The notes below the pieces were generated by a model. That model saw only the letters and a list, made by a program, of their open reading frames with translations, was not told the origin of the DNA and ran no database searches. A stretch of 64,000 nucleotides of DNA from an uncultured Actinomycetota bacterium (GTDB lineage Bacteria; Actinomycetota; Actinomycetes; Actinomycetales; JAHECE01): NCBI GenBank assembly GCA_963780675.1, contig CAWACR010000003.1, positions 1,078,645 through 1,142,644 of the forward strand. The letters run 5' to 3'. Position 1 is the stretch's first letter. Each line of letters begins with the position of its first letter. This document shows positions 1 to 8,947 of the stretch, one piece after another. The position numbers and the translations under genes were made by a program.

Positions 1-189
1 GTAGGCCGTCAGCCCGGCGATCGAGAGCGTCAGGAGGATCTCGTCGGGCGCGTACGCGACCGACGACAGCGCGTCGGATGCGAAGACCGGCAGCGCGATC
101 CGCTTGGAGAGCAGGGTGTGGCTCATCCGCTCCGAACGGACGGGAGCACCCAGGAGGACGCGTTTGACCGCGTCGGCGATGTCCGGCAC
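1..189 (-). CDS. APC-family (KimA/YdaO-like) permease, N-terminal part; continues off the left edge
   Basis: Manual translation from GTG at 189: MPDIADAVKRVLLGAPVRSERMSHTLLSKRIALPVFASDALSSVAYAPDEILL. ASDALSSVAY is characteristic of this family. Divergent from the trkA pair. Confidence 0.85.
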   Translation of the reverse strand, partial: MPDIADAVKRVLLGAPVRSERMSHTLLSKRIALPVFASDALSSVAYAPDEILLTLSIAGLTAY

Positions 190-319
190 GAGGCCCCATG
201 CTAGGACCCCGGAGCGACCTGGACCGGTCCTCGTCTCGGCGGGGCGTTCCGTAGCCTCGGCCGGCCGCCGGCTAGGCGTTCGACACCGGGCACTGCGGTC
301 CGCGTGTAGCGTTCCGCGC

Positions 320-988
320 GTGCACTTCGTCATCATGGGGTGCGGCCGCGTGGGCGTCACGCTCGCGGAGTCGCTCGAGTCCAACGGACATTCCGTCGCC
401 GTCATCGACTTCAACCCGGACTCGTTCCGTCGCCTCCCGCCCGAGTTCGAGGGCCAGCGCGTCACCGGGATGGGCTTCGACCGCGACTCGCTGCGGCAGG
501 CGGGTATCGAGGACGCCTACGGCTTCGCAGCGGTGTCCAACGGCGACAACTCCAACATCCTGTCGGCGCGCGTCGTGCGGGAGACCTTCGGCGTCGACAA
601 CGTCGTGGCGCGCATCTACGACCCCCGCCGCGCCGAGGTCTACCAGCGGCTGGGGATCACCACTGTCGCGACCGTCCGGTGGACGGCGGACCAGATCCTG
701 CGCCGGATGCTCCCGCTGGGCGCGTCCAGCGAGTACCGGGACGCCTCGGGGATGGTCAGCCTCGTGGAGATGGACCTGAACTCGCGTTGGATCGGGCACT
801 CCGTGCGCAGGATGGAGTCCGACACCGGGGCGCGGGTCGCGTACCTCAGCCGGCTCGGCGAGGGCATGCTCCCCTCCCCCGACGCCGTGCTCCAGGAGAA
901 CGACGTCGTCCACGTCATGGTCCGGACGGACGAGATCACCGCGGTTCAGCGCATCCTCGCGCAGCCGCCCGTGCGGGAGGAGGGCTGA
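320..988 (+). CDS. trkA: TrkA-family potassium uptake regulatory (RCK) protein
   Basis: Starts MHFVIMGCGRVG (Rossmann GxGxxG) at GTG 320; SNGDNSN and VVARIYDP motifs. Confidence 0.93.
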   Translation: MHFVIMGCGRVGVTLAESLESNGHSVAVIDFNPDSFRRLPPEFEGQRVTGMGFDRDSLRQAGIEDAYGFAAVSNGDNSNILSARVVRETFGVDNVVARIYDPRRAEVYQRLGITTVATVRWTADQILRRMLPLGASSEYRDASGMVSLVEMDLNSRWIGHSVRRMESDTGARVAYLSRLGEGMLPSPDAVLQENDVVHVMVRTDEITAVQRILAQPPVREEG

Positions 989-989
989 G

Positions 990-1682
990 ATGCGGGTCGT
1001 CATCGCCGGCGCCGGCAGCGTCGGCCGCTCGATCGCCAGGGAGCTGCTCGGGCACGGTCACCAGGTGGCCCTCCTGGACCGGCAGCCGTCGGCCATGAAG
1101 ATCGCCTCCGTCGCGGACGCCGAGTGGCACCTGGCCGACGCCTGTGAGCCCTCCGCGCTGGTGCAGGCCGGGATCGAGGAGTGCGACGTCGTCGTCGCCG
1201 CGACCGGCGACGACAAGGCCAACCTCGTGGTCTCGCTCCTGGCGAAGACCGAGTTCGCCGTGCCCCGGGTGGTCGCCCGCGTCAACAACCCGAAGAACGA
1301 GTGGATGTTCGACGAGGCCTGGGGGGTCGACGTCCTCGTCTCCACTCCGCGCATCATGACGGCGCTCGTCGAGGAGGCCGTCTCGGTGGGCGACCTCGTC
1401 CGGATCTTCACCTTCCACCAGTCCGGCGCGTCGATGTTCGAGATGACGCTCCCGGAGGACTCCCCCGTGGTCGGCCTCCGGGTCAGTCAGGTGGTCTGGC
1501 CCGGTGACGCCGTGCTCGCGGCGATCATCCGCGGCGACCGTCCGATCCCGCCCAGCCCCGACGACACGCTCGAGGCCGGCGACGAGATCCTCCTCATCGC
1601 GTCGGCGGAGACGCCTGAGGAGCTGGACGAGCTGCAGGACCTGCTGGCTCCCGCACGAGGATCCACGTCAGCCACAGCGTGA
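990..1682 (+). CDS. trkA: TrkA-family potassium uptake regulatory protein, second subunit
   Basis: MRVVIAGAGSVG, ATGDDKANL, VARVNNPKNEW; starts 1 nt after the first trkA. Confidence 0.93.
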   Translation: MRVVIAGAGSVGRSIARELLGHGHQVALLDRQPSAMKIASVADAEWHLADACEPSALVQAGIEECDVVVAATGDDKANLVVSLLAKTEFAVPRVVARVNNPKNEWMFDEAWGVDVLVSTPRIMTALVEEAVSVGDLVRIFTFHQSGASMFEMTLPEDSPVVGLRVSQVVWPGDAVLAAIIRGDRPIPPSPDDTLEAGDEILLIASAETPEELDELQDLLAPARGSTSATA

Positions 1683-2280
1683 GCGCCCAGAGCGGCACAC
1701 CCATCACGAGCCGCGCGCTGCCGAGCCACGCGACCTCGGCGTTGAGGTAGAGCGGGACCTGGACCGCGAGGCGGACCGCGAAGAGGCCGAACCAGAACCA
1801 GGTGGCGATCGTGTACCGCCGCACGTGGCCCGGATCGCTGCGCCAGCCCGTCCCGGTCTGGCGGATGAGCCCGACGACCACCCCGACGGCGGGCCAGCGC
1901 ACGAGGATCGACACCAGCATGCCGACGGCGAAGAGCACGTTCGTCACGAGGCCCCACGCGAAGTAGTCCTCCGCCTCGCCCGACCGCCACGCCCAGAGCA
2001 CCCCGATGAGCACGCCGACCACGCCGCTGAACGCCTGGGTCAGGGGACTCCGGGTCGCCAGGCGGGCGATCACCGCCACGCCGGCCACAGCGAGCGAGGC
2101 CACGAGCGACGGGGTGATCTCGTGGGTCGCGACGTAGACGACCACGAACACCAGACCGGGGGCGATCGACTCCACGAGCCCCCGCCAGCCGCCGATCGCA
2201 TCGGCGACCGAGAAGTCGGCCGCGACCAGCTGGCGCACGCCCCGGGCGCCGGGCTCGGCGCCTGCCTCGGGCGTGCTCAT
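1594..2280 (-). CDS. DUF3159-family membrane protein
   Basis: ATG at 2280 overlaps the upstream stop. AIGGWRGLVES motif and several hydrophobic helices. Usual position next to trkA and dut. Confidence 0.85.
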   Translation of the reverse strand: MSTPEAGAEPGARGVRQLVAADFSVADAIGGWRGLVESIAPGLVFVVVYVATHEITPSLVASLAVAGVAVIARLATRSPLTQAFSGVVGVLIGVLWAWRSGEAEDYFAWGLVTNVLFAVGMLVSILVRWPAVGVVVGLIRQTGTGWRSDPGHVRRYTIATWFWFGLFAVRLAVQVPLYLNAEVAWLGSARLVMGVPLWALTLWLTWILVREPAGPAARPAPQASPPTR

Positions 2281-2675
2281 CACTCGCCCCCGATCGGGGC
2301 CAGCTCGTAGCGAGGGTTGTAGATCGTGTTCCTCCGCGGTCCCGGGGAGACCATGCCGGAGGCGACGACTCGGCGACCCGGCTGGATCCCCGCGACGTCC
2401 CGGCGACCCAGCCACACCAGGTCGACGCTCCCGGAGCCGTCGTAGAGCTCCGCGACGAGAGCCGGGACCTTGCCCTGCGGCCGGTACGTGACGGCCCGGA
2501 GCACTCCCGAGACCTGCGCCCGCGACCGGGGCCGCGTGTTCACGGCGAGGGTGCCACCACGGCGGTGGGCGACGGCCTGCTCGTCGACCGCCTCGATCTC
2601 CGCCCGGGAGGCCACGAGTCGGCCGAAGAAACCCTTCCGCGGGGACGGGGCGCCGGGCCGCGCGGACGTCGTCAC
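2280..2675 (-). CDS. OB-fold nucleic-acid-binding protein
   Basis: GTGA overlap with the DUF3710 stop; ELYDGSGSVDLVWLGRRDVAGIQPG and IYNPRYEL motifs. Confidence 0.85.
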   Translation of the reverse strand: MTTSARPGAPSPRKGFFGRLVASRAEIEAVDEQAVAHRRGGTLAVNTRPRSRAQVSGVLRAVTYRPQGKVPALVAELYDGSGSVDLVWLGRRDVAGIQPGRRVVASGMVSPGPRRNTIYNPRYELAPIGGE

Positions 2676-3406
2676 CGGACCTCCGTGATCTCGGGTCCGC
2701 GCCGGAGGGGGTCTGGCGCCTGGTCTGTTGCCGGGGTGGCGGGAACGGGCGGCCGTCCCGGCAGGTGCAGCGTGAGGAGCTCGCGCGGCGCGCGGGCCTC
2801 CGTGCCACGGACGACGACGACGTCGGCGATGACCGACTCGAGCGCCGCGGCGGCCTCGGGGTCGACGGCGGCCCTGCCTGTCAGCACGGCCCGGAGGAAC
2901 CACCGCGGGCCGTCGATGCCGATGAACCGGGCCGGCCGGTGCCCGGTGCGACCCTCCGGGGTCCGGATCGGGAGCCGGGCGAGCAGCTCCCGGCCGAACG
3001 GACCGGGGACCTCGTCGGCCGTCCCGCCCTGCCGCGTGACCGAGGTCGCGATCTCCGCCCGCAGCTCGTCCCAGATGCCCGTCGTGCGAGGCGCGGCGAA
3101 CGCCTGCACCTGCAGGGCCGAGCCCTCCAGGCCGATGTTGGCCGCAACCACCCGCGACCCGTCCTTCTCCATCTCCATCCGCAGCTGCATCCCCTGGCGA
3201 CCGGGGATGCGCAGCGCGCCGAGGTCGAGCCGGGCACCGAGATCGGGCATGTCCGAGACGTCCCACGGACCACGTGCGGATTCCGGGCTCGCCCCGTCAC
3301 CGGCCGCAGCCGACTCGGTCTGCCCAGGGCCAGTCTCGTCCGCGACCGCCGCGTCCACGCCCACCGCGTCGTCGTCCTTCGCGCGCCGCCTGCCGAAGAT
3401 GCTCAC
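2672..3406 (-). CDS. DUF3710-family protein
   Basis: GPWD, LDLGAL, QAFAAPR, GPFGREL and FIGIDGPRWFLR motifs; lies downstream of dut. Confidence 0.88.
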   Translation of the reverse strand: MSIFGRRRAKDDDAVGVDAAVADETGPGQTESAAAGDGASPESARGPWDVSDMPDLGARLDLGALRIPGRQGMQLRMEMEKDGSRVVAANIGLEGSALQVQAFAAPRTTGIWDELRAEIATSVTRQGGTADEVPGPFGRELLARLPIRTPEGRTGHRPARFIGIDGPRWFLRAVLTGRAAVDPEAAAALESVIADVVVVRGTEARAPRELLTLHLPGRPPVPATPATDQAPDPLRRGPEITEVR

Positions 3407-3900
3407 CGCGCGCCGCCCGTGTCCGCCGCCCCGCCCGGAGCGGCCCAGCCGCCGGTCGACCCGAGCCCACCGCTCCCCCGCTGCGACCCGGGAAGTCGCT
3501 CCGTGCGCACGAACCGTGCGCGCGAGACGCGCTGCACGACCAGCTGGGCGATGCGGTCCCCGCGACGCAACGTCACCGCCTCGCGCCGGTCGGTGTTGAG
3601 CAAGGTCACCGTGATCTCGCCCCGGAAGCCGGCATCGACGGTGCCGGGCGCGTTGACCACGGTCAGCCCGTGCCGGGCGGCGAGGCCGGACCGCGGGTGC
3701 ACGAACGCCGCGTACCCGTCGGGCAGCGCGATGGACGTGCCCGTCGGGACGGTCACCCGCTCCCCCGGCGGGATGGCCACGTCCACCCTGGTCCGCAGGT
3801 CGGCCCCGGCGTCGCCTGGGTGGGCGTAGTCGGGCTCCGCCAGGTCCTCGTCGAGCTGGCAGAGCAGGACGTCGACGACGTCGACGGCTGAGTCGGTCAC
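3403..3900 (-). CDS. dut: dUTP diphosphatase
   Basis: DAGADL, PRSGLA, NAPGTVDAGFRGEI, GDRIAQLV and RGSGGLGSTG motifs. Confidence 0.97.
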   Translation of the reverse strand: MTDSAVDVVDVLLCQLDEDLAEPDYAHPGDAGADLRTRVDVAIPPGERVTVPTGTSIALPDGYAAFVHPRSGLAARHGLTVVNAPGTVDAGFRGEITVTLLNTDRREAVTLRRGDRIAQLVVQRVSRARFVRTERLPGSQRGSGGLGSTGGWAAPGGAADTGGAR

Positions 3901-3989
3901 GGGAAGGACTCTACTGACGACTCGCGAGGTGCACCGCCCTGCGGCCGGCCGAGCGGAACCGTTCCGGCCACGCGTGGCACGCTGGAGCC

Positions 3990-4469
3990 ATGCTTCCTTA
4001 CCGCGAGCGACTCAGCGCCTCGATCGGCTACTGGACGCTTCCGCTGATCACCGGCGTCTTCGTCTCCCTGGCGCTCCTGCCCGTCGACGGACTCCTCGCC
4101 GCGGTCGTCGGCGCGGTGGCCACGGCCGGCGCGGCCACCGCGCTGGTCCGGGCCGGGGCGGTGGTCGAGGTGACCGCCGCGTCGTTCCGCGCCGGGACGG
4201 CACGCGTCCCCGCTCGCCACGTGGGCGCCGTCGAGGCCCTCGACCGTTCCGAGACCCGGCACGCACTCGGTCCCGGGCTCGACGCGAGAGCGTTCGCCTG
4301 CACCCGGCCGTGGGTGGCCACCGCGGTGCGCGTTCACCTGACGGACCCCCGGGACCCCGTCCCGTACTGGCTCGTCTCCACGCGGCACGCCGATCGCCTC
4401 GCGGGAGCGTTGCGCGAGGCCGCGGCGTCGGGCGGAGCTCAGGCCGCGCACTCCGAGCAGACCAGCTGA
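3990..4469 (+). CDS. DUF3093-family membrane protein
   Basis: YRERL N-terminus, two TM segments, DPRDPVPYWLVSTR motif; divergent from dut. Confidence 0.88.
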   Translation: MLPYRERLSASIGYWTLPLITGVFVSLALLPVDGLLAAVVGAVATAGAATALVRAGAVVEVTAASFRAGTARVPARHVGAVEALDRSETRHALGPGLDARAFACTRPWVATAVRVHLTDPRDPVPYWLVSTRHADRLAGALREAAASGGAQAAHSEQTS

Positions 4470-4738
4470 CCGTTCTCCTCGTAGGCGAGCTGGCTGCGGT
4501 GGTGCACCAGGAAGCAGCGGGAGCACGTGAACTCGTCGGCCTGGCGGGGCAGGACGCGGACCGAGAGCTCCTCGCCGCTGAGGTCGGCGCCGGGGAGCTC
4601 GAAGCCCTCGGCGGCCTCCGTCTCGTCCTCGTCGACGGCTGCCGAGTTCTTCTCGGCGCGCCGGGCCTTGAGCTCTTCGAGGGAGTCCTCGCTGAGCTCT
4701 TCGTCCGTCTTCCGCGGTGCGTCGTAGTCGGTCGCCAT
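4439..4738 (-). CDS. DUF4193-family protein
   Basis: MATDYDAPRK ... FELPGADLS ... EFTCSRCFLVHHRSQL ... CSEC. Confidence 0.92.
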   Translation of the reverse strand: MATDYDAPRKTDEELSEDSLEELKARRAEKNSAAVDEDETEAAEGFELPGADLSGEELSVRVLPRQADEFTCSRCFLVHHRSQLAYEENGQLVCSECAA

Positions 4739-4893
4739 GAGGGGCGTCACGCTCCGGTCTGGTCGGTGGGTCGCGGGCCGGGTTCGCCCGGCACGGTGTC
4801 TAACGCGCGCGGGCGCCACATGTTCCCGCGAGCGAAGGGATTGTGCACCATCCGGACCACCTGCGCAGCACCACGGCCGCACCGCGGCCGTGT

Positions 4894-5769
4894 TCATTCG
4901 CCGGGAGCGTCAGCACCCTCCGCTCGGAGGGCCCGGAGAAGCGTGTCCAGCTCGGCCACGACGCCCTCCGACCCCGCCACGGTCATCGCCTCGCCCGCCG
5001 GTCGGCCCCCGAGGCCGACGACGACGCCACCCGCCTCCTCCACGAGCAGTGCCCCCGCCGCGAGGTCCCACGGGTTGAGCCCGCGCTCGTAGTAGCCGTC
5101 GAGCTCACCGGCCGCGATCGCGCAGAGGTCGAGGGACGCGCAACCCGCCCTGCGGATGTCCCGGACCCTCGGCAGGACCTCGGCCACGACGCGGCCCTGG
5201 TCCGCCCGTCGGTCGGCGGTGTAGCCGAAACCCGTCCCGACGAGAGCCAGCGCGAGCGGAACAGCCGGGTTCACGGTCAGCCGCTCGGACGTCCCGAGAC
5301 GGTCGTCCGCGCGCCACGCGCCCAGTCCCCGCGCCGCCCGGTACGTCCGGCCGAGCGCCGGAGCGCTCACGCACCCGGCGACGGGCGCCCACCGCCCCGG
5401 CTCGGTCGGCTGACCCGTGACGACGGCGATGCTGACGGCGTAGGAGGGGATGCCGTAGAGGAAGTTGACGGTGCCGTCGATGGGATCGACCACCCACGTC
5501 AGCCCGCTGGACCCCGGCTCGTACCCGTACTCCTCGCCGAGGACGCCGTCCTGCGGGCGGGCGGCGCGGATCGCCGCGCGGACGAATCGTTCCGAGGCGG
5601 TGTCGAGCTCGGTCACCACGTCGACGGGGCTCGACTTGGTCGCGGCCACCCCGACGCCGGAGCGCCGCCCGCTCAGCACCAGCTCCGCCGCGCCGCGCGC
5701 GGTCCTGACGGCCAGGTCCATGAGCTGCCCGGCCTCGCCGACCGGGACGTCCGTACGTGCGCCGTTCAT
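4894..5769 (-). CDS. suhB: Inositol monophosphatase family protein
   Basis: KSSPVDVVTELD, GEE, WVVDPIDGTVNF, DIRRAG and NPWDLAAG motifs; GGAGG RBS before ATG 5769. Confidence 0.9.
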   Translation of the reverse strand: MNGARTDVPVGEAGQLMDLAVRTARGAAELVLSGRRSGVGVAATKSSPVDVVTELDTASERFVRAAIRAARPQDGVLGEEYGYEPGSSGLTWVVDPIDGTVNFLYGIPSYAVSIAVVTGQPTEPGRWAPVAGCVSAPALGRTYRAARGLGAWRADDRLGTSERLTVNPAVPLALALVGTGFGYTADRRADQGRVVAEVLPRVRDIRRAGCASLDLCAIAAGELDGYYERGLNPWDLAAGALLVEEAGGVVVGLGGRPAGEAMTVAGSEGVVAELDTLLRALRAEGADAPGE

Positions 5770-5999
5770 CTCCACCTCCTGTGGGACTCTTGGGTGTGGG
5801 GCCTCGCCCCGGTGGGCGGGACGCGCCGAGACCGTGCCCGCGCCGCGCGCACCGCACCCGCTCGTGCACCATACGGGCGCCGGGCGAACGCGGGGCGAGC
5901 GCCGCACGAACGCCGAACGACGACGCCACACCGAGCCGGGTGCCGGCACTCGTCGGCCGGGGATGGCACTCTGGCCGCAGGGACTGTGAGGAGGCGGGT

Positions 6000-7076
6000 A
6001 TGGCTGAGCTCGAGCTCGAGGGGCTCCACGCCGACGGCGAGCATCTCGTCCTGGTCGGCCCCGATGGGCAGCGGTTCCGGCTGCTGATAGACGACGCCCT
6101 GCGCGCGGCGGTCCGCCGGGACCGCCCGCAGCTCGAGCACCTGAGGTCCGCCGCGCACCCGCGGCCACGGGACATCCAGAGCAGGATCCGCGCCGGCGAG
6201 TCCGCCGAGGACGTCGCCCGGCTCTCCGACCTCCCGGTCGAGCACGTCCGCAAGTACGAGGGTCCGGTCCTCGCCGAGCGCTCGTGGGCAGCCGAACAGG
6301 CGCGAGCGATCGCGATCGGCCGCGAGAGCGGCGCCCCGCGCCTCGGTGATCTGGTGATCGACCGGCTCGCGGCCAGGGGCGTGCCACCCCAGGACCTCGA
6401 GTGGACCGCGATCCGCCGACCGGGCGAGGCCTGGGAACTGGTCCTCACCTTCACTGCGGGCGGCCGCGAGCGGCAGGCGCGGTGGAGCGTCGACCTCCCC
6501 TCCCGCTCTCTCCACGCGCTCGACGACGAGGGCCGGTGGCTCTCCGAGGTGGAGCTCGGTGGGCCGGCGACCCGCCGGCACCTCACGACGGTGCGCTCGC
6601 GCGTGTACGACGTGGACGTGACCACAGGCACTCCCGTACCCGTTGCGGCCGACGAAGTGGCACCGTCGGGGGCCCTCGCGTCGGAGGCCCCGTCGTCGGA
6701 GGCTCCGTCGTCGTCGTCGGACGCCACGACCACGACCGACTCGGCCTCCCTCACCGACGACCTCCTCGACGAGCTGCGGGCCTCCCGAGGCGTGCGGCAC
6801 GAGATCCCGCGGCTCGAGGACGAGGCCTTCGACGTCGACCAGCCCCCTGCGGCCCACCCGCCCGCCTCGGCCCCCGAGGAGGCGCGAGACGCGGCCGTGC
6901 TCCCGCTCCCGGTGGGCGCCTGGGCCACGGTCTCCACCGAGCCCGACGGGGCCGGGGCGGAGTCGGAGGCGGCGGATCGGCCGGCGCCGGATGTCGCCCG
7001 CAAGCCCCGGAGCCGCTCCCGCCGTACCAGCGTCCCCAGCTGGGACGAGATCGTCTTCGGCGCCAAGCCCGAGTAG
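6000..7076 (+). CDS. sepH: Septation protein SepH (DUF3071)
   Basis: GAGGAGG RBS; PRDIQSRIRAG HTH, YEGPVLAER and C-terminal SVPSWDEIVFG motifs. Confidence 0.9.
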   Translation: MAELELEGLHADGEHLVLVGPDGQRFRLLIDDALRAAVRRDRPQLEHLRSAAHPRPRDIQSRIRAGESAEDVARLSDLPVEHVRKYEGPVLAERSWAAEQARAIAIGRESGAPRLGDLVIDRLAARGVPPQDLEWTAIRRPGEAWELVLTFTAGGRERQARWSVDLPSRSLHALDDEGRWLSEVELGGPATRRHLTTVRSRVYDVDVTTGTPVPVAADEVAPSGALASEAPSSEAPSSSSDATTTTDSASLTDDLLDELRASRGVRHEIPRLEDEAFDVDQPPAAHPPASAPEEARDAAVLPLPVGAWATVSTEPDGAGAESEAADRPAPDVARKPRSRSRRTSVPSWDEIVFGAKPE

Positions 7077-7101
7077 CGAGCCGGACACCTCGCCCGCGGC
7101 C

Positions 7102-8325
7102 TCAGCGCGTCACGACCACCAGGGGGACGACCATCTCGTCCCGGGTGAGGGATCCGTGCATGCCGACCAGACCGAGGGACTGCGGCGTCTGCGTGCGGGA
7201 GTCCAGGACCGCACGCCTCCCTCGGGCGGCCACGACGACGTCGCCGATCGCGGCCCGGTGCCGAGCGAGCACCGGGCCGAACAGCCCCAGGCCCTCGGCC
7301 TGCGCACGGGTGAGGACCCAGGCGGTCTCGCCCAGCACGTCCTGCCAACGCAGCGCCACGTCGTCGGCCTGACCAGCCGCGCAGTAGACGTGCGAAGCCC
7401 GTGGCTCACCGGCGACGAGGTCGACGCCGCGCGCGAGGTCCGGGGTCTTGGCGACGTCGATCTTGTCCTTGTGGCCGACGTCGACCATGCCGTGGTCGGC
7501 GGTCACGAGGAGGGTGGTACCCGTCGGCAGGGACCGGGCGAGGCGCGCCAGCTCGCGGTCGACGCTCTCGACCTGCTCGCCCCACTCCCACGACCCCCAG
7601 CCCTTGTGGTGACCCGCCGTGTCCACGTCCCCCCAGTACAGGTAGACGAGCCGAGCGGGGCCGCGGCGCAGGGCCCGCAGCGCGACGTCGACGCGGTCCG
7701 CCATCGACCCCCCCGCCGAGAAGCTGCCCCCTCGGAAGGCCGCCCGGGAGAGGCCGGAGTCCCGGAACCGCTCCTTGCCGATGCTGACGATCTCGACCCC
7801 GGCAGCTGACAGCCGCTCGAAGACGGTCGGGCAGGGCTGCCACTCCTCGGGCCGCGCCGAGCCGCCCCAGCTGAGCATGTTCGTGAGCTCCCGCGAGCGG
7901 GGGTCGCGGAGGGTGTAGCCGAGCATCCCGCTGACCCCGGGGTGGAGCGCGGTCCCGAGCATCGTCAGGGACGTGGCGGTGGTCGAGGGGAACCCTGCGC
8001 TGAGGGCCCGCGCCCCCGGCAGCAGGGAGCGGAGGAACGGGGCGTGTCCCCCGCGCTCCTCGAGCATGCGCATCCCCAGGCCGTCGACCAGGACCACGCA
8101 CACCTTGTCCGTGGGTTCGAGCCGCACGCCACCGGGGGGCTCGGCCCGGCCGACGCCGCAGCCCGCGTCGTCGCCCGCGTCGTCGCCCGAGGACGCCGCC
8201 AGCGGTGCTCCCAGCGCCTCCGCGACCGCGGGCAGGACCGCCCGGAGGCTGGGCCCCCCGTAGTCGGGGAGCGTGAACTCCGCCGGGGCCGGCACGAGCG
8301 AGCCGGCGTGCCCCGATGGACTCAC
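7102..8325 (-). CDS. Alkaline phosphatase superfamily / nucleotide pyrophosphatase protein
   Basis: VLVDGLG, FPSTTATSL, DTAGH, VTADHGMVD and GMHGS motifs; GTGA overlap with DUF5998. Confidence 0.88.
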   Translation of the reverse strand: MSPSGHAGSLVPAPAEFTLPDYGGPSLRAVLPAVAEALGAPLAASSGDDAGDDAGCGVGRAEPPGGVRLEPTDKVCVVLVDGLGMRMLEERGGHAPFLRSLLPGARALSAGFPSTTATSLTMLGTALHPGVSGMLGYTLRDPRSRELTNMLSWGGSARPEEWQPCPTVFERLSAAGVEIVSIGKERFRDSGLSRAAFRGGSFSAGGSMADRVDVALRALRRGPARLVYLYWGDVDTAGHHKGWGSWEWGEQVESVDRELARLARSLPTGTTLLVTADHGMVDVGHKDKIDVAKTPDLARGVDLVAGEPRASHVYCAAGQADDVALRWQDVLGETAWVLTRAQAEGLGLFGPVLARHRAAIGDVVVAARGRRAVLDSRTQTPQSLGLVGMHGSLTRDEMVVPLVVVTR

Positions 8326-8897
8326 GAGTGCCTGGCGGTGGCGGCCGAGATCGCGCGGCTGAAGGCGATCGCCGCGTCGACCGCGGCCCGACCCTCGGCG
8401 GCCGCGCTGACGCGCACCACGACGTCGTCGTGCGCGATCGTGCCCGTCAGCCCGTGGTCGGCCTCGCACCTGGGGTCCCCGCAGGTCGCCGGCTCGAGGT
8501 CGATGCGCTGGAGCGCGCCCCAGCCGAGCGCGAGGGTCAGCTCGCCCGGGGTGCGCCCCGATCGGTGGCGGGCCGGGTTCTCCACACCGTGGGTGAGGAC
8601 CACCGATCGGATCTCCCGCAGCGGTACCGCCTCGGTGGTCGCCGACGCGACGGGCGGGTTCTCGGGGTTCTCGGCGGGATGGTCGTCCGCGTGCGCCACG
8701 ATCACCCGGGTCGGGGTCAGCACGAGCGCCGTCACGTGGCGCCTGACCTCGGACTCGTCGAACGTGGTCTCGGGGTGGACGAGGTAGGACAGGACGGCCT
8801 CGCCGCCGAGTGCGACGTCCAGGACGTCGGCGACGAGGTCGGGGTAGTACCCGGCGTGGTCGAGGTCCGCCCTGAGCCGGGAGTTCAGCGTGCTCAC
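8322..8897 (-). CDS. DUF5998-family protein
   Basis: AGYYPDLV, ETTFD, CGDPRCEADHG motifs. Confidence 0.88.
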   Translation of the reverse strand: MSTLNSRLRADLDHAGYYPDLVADVLDVALGGEAVLSYLVHPETTFDESEVRRHVTALVLTPTRVIVAHADDHPAENPENPPVASATTEAVPLREIRSVVLTHGVENPARHRSGRTPGELTLALGWGALQRIDLEPATCGDPRCEADHGLTGTIAHDDVVVRVSAAAEGRAAVDAAIAFSRAISAATARHS

Positions 8898-8947
8898 GCG
8901 ACCATCCTCGCACCTCGACCTGCGCGGGACGGGTGCTCACCGCCGGG

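Noticed and set aside
1594-1682. Convergent 3' overlaps (trkA/DUF3159; also 4439-4469 and 42512-42524)
   Set aside because: Low-complexity tail read-through is common in GC-rich genomes; no sign of special function.
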